A stretch of 64,000 nucleotides of DNA from Eledone cirrhosa (lineage: Eukaryota). The notes under the pieces are model-generated. The model was not told where the DNA came from, did no database searches, and saw only the letters and a program-made list of their open reading frames with translations. Location: assembly GCA_964016885.1 (NCBI GenBank), contig OZ024743.1, positions 123,318,001-123,382,000 of the forward strand. The letters run 5' to 3'. Of this stretch, positions 53,011 through 64,000 are shown in pieces (the first letter of the stretch is position 1; every line of letters begins with the position of its first letter). The position numbers and the translations under genes are program-made.

Positions 53011-53346
53011 GTCTTTGAGTGTTTGAAGAACTTAGATTGTCGCTATGAAATGAATTAATAATTGGTTTTATACATTTTACTGGTGTTTCTACAATATTCC
53101 GCCTTTACCATCGTTTTGACAGGTCACCTCCTACGTATAATAAGCCGTCATTACAATATGAGAATATCACTTTATAATAGACCATTTTATCGTCATTGTG
53201 AACAACACCACGTAACCTGAACCAACCAATGAATGTTATTTACATTTCTCTAATGCATCTGATGATTTAGACGTGATTTCCTCTCGAAACCTCTGATAAT
53301 GCGGAGATCAGTCAGAATATTAATATAAATAGTGTATATATAAATA

Positions 53347-53455
<109 letters not shown>

Positions 53456-53480
53456 CATATATATATATATACATATATAT

Positions 53481-53524
<44 letters not shown>

Positions 53525-53843
53525 CAAAGGAATTGTGGTAAGGAACCAGATGGACCATAACGCACCAGAGTACTCAATACTTAGGGTAGTAGAGTGGGAA
53601 ATAGGAAAAAGTATGACCCCGATGGCGTTTCGACTGCTATTTCTGGACGTCCAGAAATAGCCGTTGAAACGGCTTGAGCTCTGTCGTCGGGGTCATATTT
53701 TTCATATATATATATATATATTAGAAAATAGAATAGCTTTCACCGTATTTTTCGACTAAAGAAATGTTAGTCTGATAATGGGGTTTAGAACCCTCAGATA
53801 AATGGAAAAAGATGAGTATTGACGTACATGTAGGTCAATACTC

Positions 53844-53928
<85 letters not shown>

Positions 53929-54171
53929 TAAAGAGTTAAACAATATTCAATGAGTATATCAAAGAATGAGTTTTACAGTAGATTGGAAGCACTCTATAGA
54001 AAAATAATTTTCCTTGATTAAATCTTAACCATTTAACATCTCAGGGTATGTCATGTATCATTATATTTTGTCTGATGAGGACGTACTGTTGTACATCTGA
54101 AATATGTATAATAAAATGTAAATGATAAAAAAAACATCTATTTTATTAATATTTGTATTTTAATATATATG

Positions 54172-54244
<73 letters not shown>

Positions 54245-54454
54245 CAAAACGTTATCGCTCTACATGGCTGAATACAATATCAGCAGACTGGCCTATCTGC
54301 TGATATGTAAATCCGGCTGATCAGTGGATCTGCTAATATGCAGATCTGACTGATCAGCCGGTCAGCTAATATGCAAATGAGGCCGATCAGTCACTGTATA
54401 TTTTAGAAAATATCATATATTTTCACTAGCTCTGACAGTTAACAAGTGATCAGT

Positions 54455-54505
54455 GAACTGCACTGATGAAGGGTAATCACCCGGAAACATTAATGTCTGC
54501 AGTTC
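54455..54505 (+). ncRNA. Type I hammerhead ribozyme, textbook fold
   Basis: GAACTGCA-CTGATGA-A-GGGT-AATC-ACCC-G-GAAA-CATTAATG-TC-TGCAGTTC; 8-bp stem I, palindromic stem III ACATTAATGT, triplet GTC; module 54243-54633 flanked by (TA)n. Confidence 0.85.
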
Positions 54506-55196
54506 TGTTAACATGAAAATACAAGAGCAAGAATGAGGGTCTCATTCTACTGACATGGCTTAAAAGAGGCTGTTTGCATAATTGCAAACGAATCGAATAT
54601 TATTATTAATATTCGAAAAACTCAGATTACAGTTATATATATATATATATATATAAGTAAATTTGAAGTGACAAAGTTATGTATGGTTCTTTATGTGCTT
54701 TTTTTTACTCAGAAGACTAACAGTGCTGTTACTTTTCGTCTAGTTTACATTAAAACATAAATTAAGACCAACTGACTGTCGGAAAAAAGAAATTCCATGG
54801 CAACCAGTCGTCGGCAAAATTCTATTATTTACTGCTAGCAAAAGATTTCTATCTAAAAACCTATGATCAAATTGTTCTTTGGCTAAGTAATATTTTATCT
54901 CTTTGGCTAGAGGTTCTTTCTTTCTCTCTTTCTCTATTTCTCCCTCTTTCTCTCTTTCTCTCTTTCTCTATTTCTCCCACTTACGCTCTCTCTATATATA
55001 TATTTATTTCTTCCTTATTCTATCTAACGCTATCTTAGTCTCTACTAAAACTCTTCATTCTTCAATCACATTCTTCTCCTCTCTATCTCTACATAGCCCG
55101 GTTGTCTGCATTATAGACACAAATATTATTACATACACATATACAAATACATACATACACACTGACACACACACGCACACACTGTATACACACACT

Positions 55197-55227
<31 letters not shown>

Positions 55228-55497
55228 TCCTCAGAATTTATTGTTATCTAAATATAAGGATTATAATTCATTCTATTTGCTAAGTTTGGAATTGCAGATT
55301 GAAGCAAGTCCATGTCTCTTTTATATAGCGAACAACCAGTTGTGTCAGGTACAGCCCGGATGCTGAATATATAGACATAGTTTGGATTTGTTTTGTTAAA
55401 CTTAAATTACTTAACTCATAGCAAATATTTTTATGAAGATCATTGCATGCACTCCACTTAAGAAACAGGTACACACACACTACACACTCACAAACAA

Positions 55498-55538
<41 letters not shown>

Positions 55539-55541
<3 letters not shown>

Positions 55542-55746
55542 GAAAAAGTATGACCCCGACGGCAGAGTTCAAGCCGTTTCGACGGCTATTTCTGGACTGA
55601 GACGGCTTGACGGCTATTTCTGATTGAAACGGATTGAGCTCTGCCGTCGGGGTCATACTTTTTCCTATTACCCACTCTACTACCCTAAGTATTGAGTACT
55701 CTGGTGCGTTATGGTCCATCTGGTTCCTTACCACAGTTCCTTCGTT
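55539..55746. mobile_element. Fold-back fragment of the PLE terminus at 1297-1435
   Basis: Inverted arm ending CTATTTCTGGACT, a short stutter, then the forward terminus ending CCTTCGTTA(TA)n. Confidence 0.8.
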
Positions 55747-55799
55747 ATATATATATATATATATATATTATTTTTATTATTATTATTTTTTCAATTATC

Positions 55800-57480
55800 T
55801 TCCTTTATGTTCATACGAGTAATCACCAAGTCACAACCAGTGACCTCAAGAGACAACAAGGTCGCCATGTTCAAGAAATAAGCCATACACACACATGTAT
55901 TTCTAGGGATTTACAATTGTGATGTATTTATATTGACAGAATCTTCCTTGGTATATGGACATTTCCCATTAGTACTATCTTTTGTATTTCATCTATACGC
56001 GGGTTTCCTGTGATTTGGGATAAGTAATCATTACACCATTTAGGTATAATTCCTAGAGTGCCTACAACCACTGGTATTGTTGAGTTCTCAACTTCCACAT
56101 TTACCAATCTCTATTTCCAGGTCCTTATACTTACTCAATTTTTCAAATGTTTTTTATAGATAGATTCTTATCTATAGGAACGGCCATATCAATTAGCAGG
56201 CATACCCTCTTTTTAAAGTCCTTCAGTATTATATCATGTTTAATTGCATCTATTTTTTCCGTCTGTTTGGACGCTAAAATTCCAGAAAATTGAGATGTGA
56301 CCTTTTTCAAGTACGGGAGGTGCTCCCACCAATTATGACCTTTTTCAAGTACGGGAGATGCTCCCACCAATTCTTTTGATGGGGCAGGTCAAAATGCTTA
56401 CATATTACCCAATGTAGGTATTGTGCAGCTCTGTCGTGCATGTTTAGCTATTCCCTTGGAGCTATAAGACTGCACATTGAGATTATATGATCAATGGTCT
56501 CTGGTTGATATTTACATACACGGCATAATGGGTTGCATCCAATTTTTTATGATGTTGGCTTGGTAATTTTTTGTTGTCAGACACTGATCTTGTGCTGATA
56601 TAATCAGTCCTTCTGTCTCCGATTTCAGTCCAGAGGATGCCAACCACTAATGGGTTAAAGTTTTGTTAACATCAGGATTGTTAGCTCTTTCTGGGTATTT
56701 TCCATATGCAGGCTTTCCTTGCCATTTCTTAGCCAGTTTCTGTAGTAGTTCTTTCTTTGCAGTTACTTTTATCTGCTTTGCTTTTTCTGTTTTGTTCTTT
56801 TCATTTCAGCAGTAAAGGGAACTTCTGGTATTTGTAGTTCCGTATTGTATCTATGTGCATCTTTTGTAATGGAGTATGATCTTTTGTTGCTTTCGTGTTT
56901 CAAAACGAGTTTGATCATCCAATCATGTGATTCCTATAGATATGTAGATAATCCAATTGTTGCAGTTTTCAAAGAAATAGCTAACTGGATTAATTCACAT
57001 CCTCCTTCTTTCCTAGGGAGATATATTCTATCTGTATCTGTCTTAGGGTGATGCATTCAGTGCATGGTTAGGAATTTTCTATAAAGCTTTTATACATTGT
57101 GGTCAAGCAAGTTATCGGTCTGTAATTTTTTGGATTATTTGTATCATCATCCTTTGGAAGTAAGAATGTAATACCATTAACTAGCCATGACGGTATCTTT
57201 TCTGGCTCCTTAACCATTTCATTTTAAAGTTGGGCTAATAGCTCATGAGACTCTGTGAAGGCATTTATTCAAACATTTGGTATTTTGTCTTTCCCTGGCA
57301 ATTTCCATTTGTTGGAATTTCTAAGAGCTAAACGCAGATGTTCAACTGTTATATTTTCCAATATTTGTTCCTCAAGGTAAACTGTATCTTTCATTTGTCT
57401 GTCTATCTAGGATGTATATTATGAACTTTCTCTTCGGCCTAGATCCTTTTTCCAGAATTCTTGCACTCCTTCCTTGTTAT
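55800..57480 (-). mobile_element. Old, deleted R4/Dong-like LINE fragment
   Basis: SNKWKLPGKD, GLKSETEGLIIS.QDQ, CRVCK...ETIDHIIS.C, DIILKDFKKRVCLLIDMAVP.D, IPVVVGTLG; AAT-rich 3' flank. Confidence 0.8.
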
Positions 57481-57486
57481 TATTAT

Positions 57487-57853
57487 TTGGCAGTATCGGT
57501 AGAGTGTCAGACGCCATGCTTTCCAGCATAGTTACGGCCCTTTACGATCTGAGCTCAAATCCCACCGAGGTTGACTTTGCCTTTCATCCTTACGGGGTCG
57601 ATAAAATAAAGTACCAGTAATGCACTGGGTAATTGCTGGCCTTGTGCCTAAAGTAGAAACAATTATTTGGCAGTATCGGTAGAGGGTCGGACGCCATGTT
57701 TTGCAACATAGAGTGCCGGCCCTTTACGTTCTGAATTCAAATCCCGCCGGTTAACTTTGATATTGATCTTTACGGGGTCGATAAAATAAAGTACCAGTAA
57801 TGCACTGGATAATTGCTGGCCTTGTGTCAAAAGTAGAAAAAATTATTATTATT
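57487..57853 (+). mobile_element. Two tandem SINE copies (family of 4744)
   Basis: 57487-57666 and 57667-57853, each ending ATTATT. Confidence 0.9.
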
Positions 57854-57854
57854 G

Positions 57855-60800
57855 TTATTGTTCTTTGAGTCTCAGTCATTGATGTTATTTAACTGGAAAG
57901 TTTGTTGAAATGAATATCAAGCCGCTACCTGCAGCCTCAGACATTCAGGGCGTATCGGAGGGTTCTTGCTGTTCCCAGCAAGCATGCCTTTTGAAGTGTT
58001 CCAAAAAGCGGGGCTGGACTAATCTTCTTTAACCATCCCTGGAAACTCTTTGAGATAGTACCTAGTACGCCTATTACAATCGGGACGACCTTGATTTCAT
58101 GGCAGTTCCAAATCCTTTTTACCTCCCACTTTAAGTCCTGGTATCGGTTAATTTTTTCCCTCTCCTTCTCTTGTACTCTCGTGTCGAATGGGCAGGCCAC
58201 ATCCACAATCAGGCACGATCTGTTTTCCTTGTCTAAAACCACCAGGTCAGGTCTACTGTGTTCCAGTTTCTTGTCCGTCTGTATCTTAAAATCCCATAGC
58301 ACCTTCACCTGATCGTTTTCTATCACTGAACTGACTCTGGCTTATGCTCATACCACTTCTCAGAATGTGGTAAATTGTTTACTTTGCATAGGTGCCAGTG
58401 GATCACCCTGACCATCACATCATGGCTCCAGCCCTTATAGTGAGTCTGGGCTAGGTGTTTACACTCGGATACAACGTGAGCCACAATCTCCTCTCTCTCT
58501 CCGCAGATCCTGCACAGTGGGCTAGCCTCCTTGTAAATATGGTGTTTCAGCCACTTCGTTTTGAGGGCCTGCTCTTGCGCAGCCATTAGCATTCCTTCTG
58601 TAGCCTTTTTAAGGTCTCCTCAACCAGTTCCATGTCTGTGGATCTCTGAATTCCGTTTTCTCAAAGAAGGTACTATGAAGGGATTTTTCATGAAGGTTGC
58701 TCTTTCTCGTTGTTGTTATTTCCTCCTTGGACATCCCCTGGTCTATTGTCCTCTCCTTCAGTACAATTCTGAGCATTGGCTCCTTACTATCGATCACGTA
58801 TTTGTGTAGGTTGTTTTTCTCCATCTGAACACAGTCCTCTATGCTGATAAGACCTCTTCCACCTTCAGATCTCCTTAAGTAGAGTCTATCTACATCACTC
58901 CTCTTGTGGAACATGTTGTAGATAGTCAATAGCTTCCTAGTCTTCCTATCCATTTCTTTTTGTTCAGCAACATTCCATCTCAGAATTCCCGCACTGTACC
59001 TAACAATAGACACAGCTCGGGAATTTACTGCACTTATGGCATTCCTACTGTTCAGATGTGACTTTAACACGCTCCTTACTCTCCGAATGTATTCAGATCT
59101 TATCAATTCCTTCATTTTTTTGTTCTTGAAGTCATCAGCCTCCAGAATACCCAAATACTTGTATCCTTCTTCAGTGTCAATTTCCTTTATCATCTCACCT
59201 GTTGGTACCTGGATTCCGTTGCTTCTGGTCAATTGACCCCTCTTCATCACAAGGACTCCACACTTACTAATACCAAACTGCATACATATATCACTGCTGA
59301 AAATACGGACAGTGTCAACAAGCACATCCAACTCCTGCTCACTCTTCCCGAAGAGCTTAAGATCGTCCATCAAGAGGAGGTGATTGATGGTAAGCTCTCC
59401 CTTTCCCAACTTGTATCCTGCTCTCACTTTTCGCAGTATAATGGTCATGGCATCAGGGCAAAGACAAACAACAGAGGGGACAGACTATCTCCCTGGAAGA
59501 TACCTCTCTTGATCTTCACGCCTTCCAAGGATTCTCCGGCTGATGTTAATTCTGTTTTCCAGGACTTCATACTTTTTCTCAACAACTGTCTGATGTTATC
59601 TGCCACCTTGAAGATCTCTAGGCTTTTGGTGATCCAAGAATGAGGCACCATATCAAATGCCTTTTTGTAGTCTATCCATCCCATGGCAAGACCAGTGTGT
59701 CTCCTCTTGCAATTCCTCATTACCATCTTATCAATAAGTAACTGGTCCTTTGTACCACGGGACTTCTTTCGGCATCCTTTTTGTTCGTCCGGTAACAAGT
59801 TGTTTGTGTGGAGGTGATGGTAGATTTCCTCAGACTCAATGTTTGTCAACAGTTTCCACATTACGGACAGACATGTGATAGGTCTATAGTTGGTAACATC
59901 ATTACCCTTGATTCGGTCTTTCATTACCAGAACTGTGGTACCTTTTGTCAACCACTCTGGTACCTCACCTGACATCAAGCAGTCATTGAACATGGTTGTC
60001 AGTTTCGGGTGGAGGGATGTTACATTTTTAATCCAATACCCCTGCACACCATCTGGGCCTGGTGATTTCCAGTTGGTTAGTTTTTTGGCCTGCCCCTTAA
60101 GAGTTTCAACTGTGATACTCAAATCAGTTTGTTGGTGTGCCTGTTCACTAATCTCCTTCTGTACTGTCTGAATCCACACTGCCTGGTCATTATGTTTAAC
60201 ATCCTGCTCCCATATTCCTCTCCAGAATGTCTTAGTTTGTTCCGCCTCAGGGATCAAGTCGTTGCCTCTTTCTTTCCCTTCAAGCTGTCCACACAGCATC
60301 TTCTGGTTGTTGTCAAACATGCGGTTCTGTCTATACCGACTGACTCTGCTCTCGTATCGCCTAATGTTTGCCCTCTTTGCTACAATGCGTTGCTTCAGTT
60401 CCTCTATGATAATATTTAGCCTTTTCTTCCTAGTTTTGTACTTTATTTCCAGTCTATTTTTAGTGTGTATGTTTTTTAGTGTCCCATTCAGTAGGGACTC
60501 AAGCTTTCCAATGTCATTTCTCATTTCCCCGATTTGACCATTCAGTCGTTTCTTCCACCAAGGTTCTGATCTTTCTTGTTTGTTGTTTCCTCTCGCTTTT
60601 ATGCCAAGTAATTTCCTCACCGCATTTGCTGTTGCTTTGAGGATATTGTTGCACTGGTGAAGGCTCTTCGCCTCAAGGTATGGGATGACTTTGTTTACCT
60701 TAGCTGTTGTTTCTTTAAACTTTTTCCTGTCTACAAATCTTAGGTTCATAGGTTTCCCACTATCATTGTTCATTTCATCTACCACTAAGTTTAGGATATC

Positions 60801-61680
60801 AACCAAATCTTGTCCTAGCCCGTCAGCAATCATCTCCTCAATGGCCATATCTTTGTTCCAGGTATTATTTATTTCAGAGGGCGATGGATTGGCAGTATCG
60901 GTAGAGGGTCGGACGCCATGCTTTGACGCATAGAGTTACGGTCTTTGCCATTCTGAGTTCAAATCCCGCCGAGGTTAACTTTGCCTTTCATCCTTACGGG
61001 GTCGATAAAATAAAGTACCAGTAATGCACTGGATAATTGCTGGCCTTGTGCCAAAAAGTAGAAACAATTATTTATTTCAGCATTCAGATCATTGTCTGCT
61101 TCGGATGGTTCCTCCGTTCTCTCAACCTCTTCCCCTTCATTTCCCACTGGCTCGTTTGCCTGGCATACCCCACTCTCCATTTCCAACCTAATCTCTCTGC
61201 TCAGTTCCTCCAGTTCCAGCTCGCTTATCCACCCATTAGTTCTTATTACCCAGGCCTGCCCGACCAATTTTTGTTCATCTAATTTAAATAGACCAATCTC
61301 GTTCCAGATGTTATGCATCCGTTTCCTACAGCCTTTTTCCTTGGGGTTACTCTTCAGGTAACATTGCATAACAGTTCTATTCAATTCTTTCGTCCAATTG
61401 GTTTTGGCCCCTTTCCTTCTTCTTCCTCCGACACCAGCAGTATTTGGTTGACAGCCAGGTCCCTGCTGCTGAGCCAGGGAGCACCTGCTGGGTGAGAGTC
61501 TGTCACATGACATTCCAGTCTCCACTTCACCGTTATTCGAACTGTTTAGGTTCGACATTGAAACACTCTTATCGAGGATTGGTGAATGTATGGTCACATA
61601 ACCACCGGTGATTTCATCACCCCCAGTGATTTGATCACCCCCGTTGATTTTAGCGGGGCACTATCACGCTGTAGACGATC
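57855..61680 (-). mobile_element. Near full-length R4/Dong-clade non-LTR retrotransposon (RT, CCHC, restriction-like endonuclease), disrupted
   Basis: ORF pieces 61597-61081, 60848-59445, 59448-58609, 58592-58323 and 58326-57937: NWKSPGPDG, YRPITCL, WIDYKKAFDMVPH, GIFQGDSLSP, LLMDDLK, CRIC..E...HVVSEC, RPDLV..LIVDVACP. Frameshifts and one SINE insertion; 5' end approximate. Confidence 0.92.
60879..61072 (+). mobile_element. SINE inserted into the Dong-like ORF with TSD
   Basis: ATTATTTATTTCAG at 60864-60877 and 61067-61080. Confidence 0.92.
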
Positions 61681-62573
61681 ATAAATAAACAAACAAACAA
61701 ATAGGTAAAAAAAAAAAAAAATAAGCATAAGTTTAATTGTAATGTAATGTTTGAATGTCTGACTTAGTTTTTTTTGCTTGCCTGTCTGTCTGTTTGTTTT
61801 TCTTTTCTTTTTTCTTTTCTTTACGTTTTTCGTTGCTGCTGTGCTGTTTCGATTTTTATTTTTATTTTTGATTTTTTGATTTTTTGATTTTTTGATTTTT
61901 TGACCGGGTCATCAAATCAGTCTATTTATATCTTTTGATGCCTTCCTCATTTAGTGGGAATACTATGATGCCTGTCTTAGCAGGAGGTAGTGGGAGAGAA
62001 TAGCGGCGGTAGCGATAATGAGGCAGTGGTGGTGGTGATGTGATCGTAGTACTGTAGTGATGGTTTAGAAGTTGAAGTAGAAATAGAAGTTGAGGTAACT
62101 TGACTAGAATTTTTGGCGTGGTAGTGGTGATGGTGGCGGTGGTGGTGTTGGTGGTGAAATTATTTGCCTGTCTGTCCACTTAGCCATTTTTCTCTTTTTC
62201 GACTGTAACATTTCTGATCCAAAATTAAATATTAAATATTGGGGCTCTATGCCGTAATGTGATGCGTTGATGCCTGCTGAGGGTCAAAACTGTAATCTCA
62301 TATTTTATTTGTCATAAGAATTATTCTATCACAGTTGTTTTAAATAAGTAAAAATCAAAAACTTACGGGAGCGATTCCATAACGATATATATCCACCGTG
62401 TGCGTTTTCTTCCCATTATTATTATTATTTTTCATTGTTATTTTCATTGTTATTTTTGTTACATCCTCTGTTTTTGTTTTTTACACGCAGAAATGCCCAT
62501 TTGTACCGTCCTGCATTGTCCTGCACTGTCCTTAATGTCTACTTTATGTAAACCCTTGTGGTTAATAAAGAAA

Positions 62574-62669
<96 letters not shown>

Positions 62670-62671
<2 letters not shown>

Positions 62672-63363
62672 GTTATTCCTTGAATCTCAGTCATTGATGT
62701 TGGTTAACTGGAAAGTCCGTTGGAATGAATATCAAGCCACTACCTGCAGCCTCAGATATTCAGGACGTATCGGAGGGTTCTTGCTGTTCCAAGCAAGCAT
62801 GCCTTTTGAAGCGTTCCAAAAAGCGTGAAGGGGCCGATTTTCTTTAACCATCCCTGGAAACTTTTGGAGATAGTCCCCAGTGCGCCTATGACAATCGGGA
62901 TCACTTTGACTTCATGGCAGCTCCAAATCCTTTTCACCTCCCACTTTAGGTCCTGGTATCGGTTAATTTTCTCCCTCTCCTTCTCTTGCACTCTCGTGTC
63001 GAAAGGGCAGGCCACATCCACAATCAGATACGATCTTTTTTCTTTGTCCACAACCACCAGGTCAGGTCTATTGTGTTCCAGTTTTTTTGTCCGTCTGTAT
63101 CCTAAAATCCCACAGCACCTTCACCTGATTGTTCTCCATCACCGCCTCTGGCCTATGCTCATACCATTTCTCAGAATGTGGTAAATTGTTTACTTTGCAC
63201 AGGTGCCAGTGGATCACCCTGCCCATCACATCGTGTCTCCAGCCCTTATAGTGGGTCTGGGCTAGGTGTTTACACTCGGACACAATGTGAGCCACAGTCT
63301 CCTCTCTCTCTCCACAGATCCTGCACAGTGGGCTAGCCTCCTCCTTGTAAATATGGTGCTTCA
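62670..63363 (-). mobile_element. 5'-truncated Dong-like copy inserted in (TAA)n
   Basis: CCHC and endonuclease region closely similar to 57860-58548; (TTA)n on both sides (62577-62669 and 63367-63408). Confidence 0.9.
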
Positions 63364-63365
63364 AC

Positions 63366-63408
<43 letters not shown>

Positions 63409-63409
63409 G

Positions 63410-64000
63410 TTATTGTTATTCCTTGAATCTCAGTCATTGATGTTGGTTAACTGGAAAGTCCGTTGGATTGAATATCAAGCCACTACCTGCAGCCTCAGAT
63501 ATTCAGGACGTATCGGAGGGTTCTTGCCGTTCCAAGCAAGCATGCCTTTTGAAGCGTTCCAAAAAGCGTGAAGGGGCCGATTTTCTTTAACCATCCCTGG
63601 AAACCTTTGGAGATAGTCCCCAGTGCGCCTATGACAATCGGGATCACTTTGACTTCATGGCAGTTCCAAATCCTTTTCACCTCCCACTTTAGGTCCTGGT
63701 ATCGGTTAATTTTCTCCCTCTCCTTCTCTTGCACTCTCGTGTCGAACGGGCAGGCCACATCCACAATCAGGCACGATCTTTTTTCTTTGTCCACAACCAC
63801 CAGGTCAGGTCTATTGTGCTCCAGTTTTTTGTCCGTCTGTATCCTAAAATCCCACAGCACCTTCACCTGACTGTTCTCCATCACCGCCTCTGGCCTATGC
63901 TCATACCATTTCTCAGAATGTGGTAGATTGTTTACTTTGCACTCTCCATTTCCAACCTAATCTCTCTGCTCAGTTCCTCCAGTTCCAGCTCGCTTATCCA
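63410..64000 (-). mobile_element. Internally deleted Dong-like copy running off the window
   Basis: Intact endonuclease ORF 63495-63884. At ~63941 the sequence jumps to N-terminal sequence identical to 61172-61231. Confidence 0.88.

Noticed and set aside
61597-61960. Possible HDV-like ribozyme in the Dong 5' UTR (also considered for 6560-6750 and 39326-39520)
   Set aside because: Only simple hairpins are visible; I could not build the nested double pseudoknot by eye.

Overview
AT-rich, microsatellite-saturated, essentially non-genic eukaryotic DNA. The tRNA-derived SINE families resemble those of octopods, so a coleoid cephalopod source is inferred. No intact host gene is recognisable; only a few candidate minus-strand exons were seen. 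The window is a mosaic of retroelements. It holds Penelope-like element (PLE) remnants (GIY-YIG and RT), a nearly full-length but disrupted R4/Dong-type restriction-like-endonuclease LINE with three relatives at (TAA)n, RTE, RTE-BovB, Tx1/L1 and Vingi fragments, about 17 SINE copies, non-autonomous Helitrons and a hAT MITE. The most notable layer is RNA-structural. I could fold by eye about 18 type I hammerhead ribozyme (HHR) motifs from roughly a dozen sequence families, nearly all in short modules inserted into (TA)n tracts and often as fold-back palindromes. They include three dissimilar families with a compensatory U3-A8 core (UUGANAA instead of CUGANGA) and a 547-nt direct-repeat unit bounded by two ribozymes with a very long stem III (retrozyme/circular-RNA-like). 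All folds and family assignments were made by eye and need computational and biochemical confirmation.
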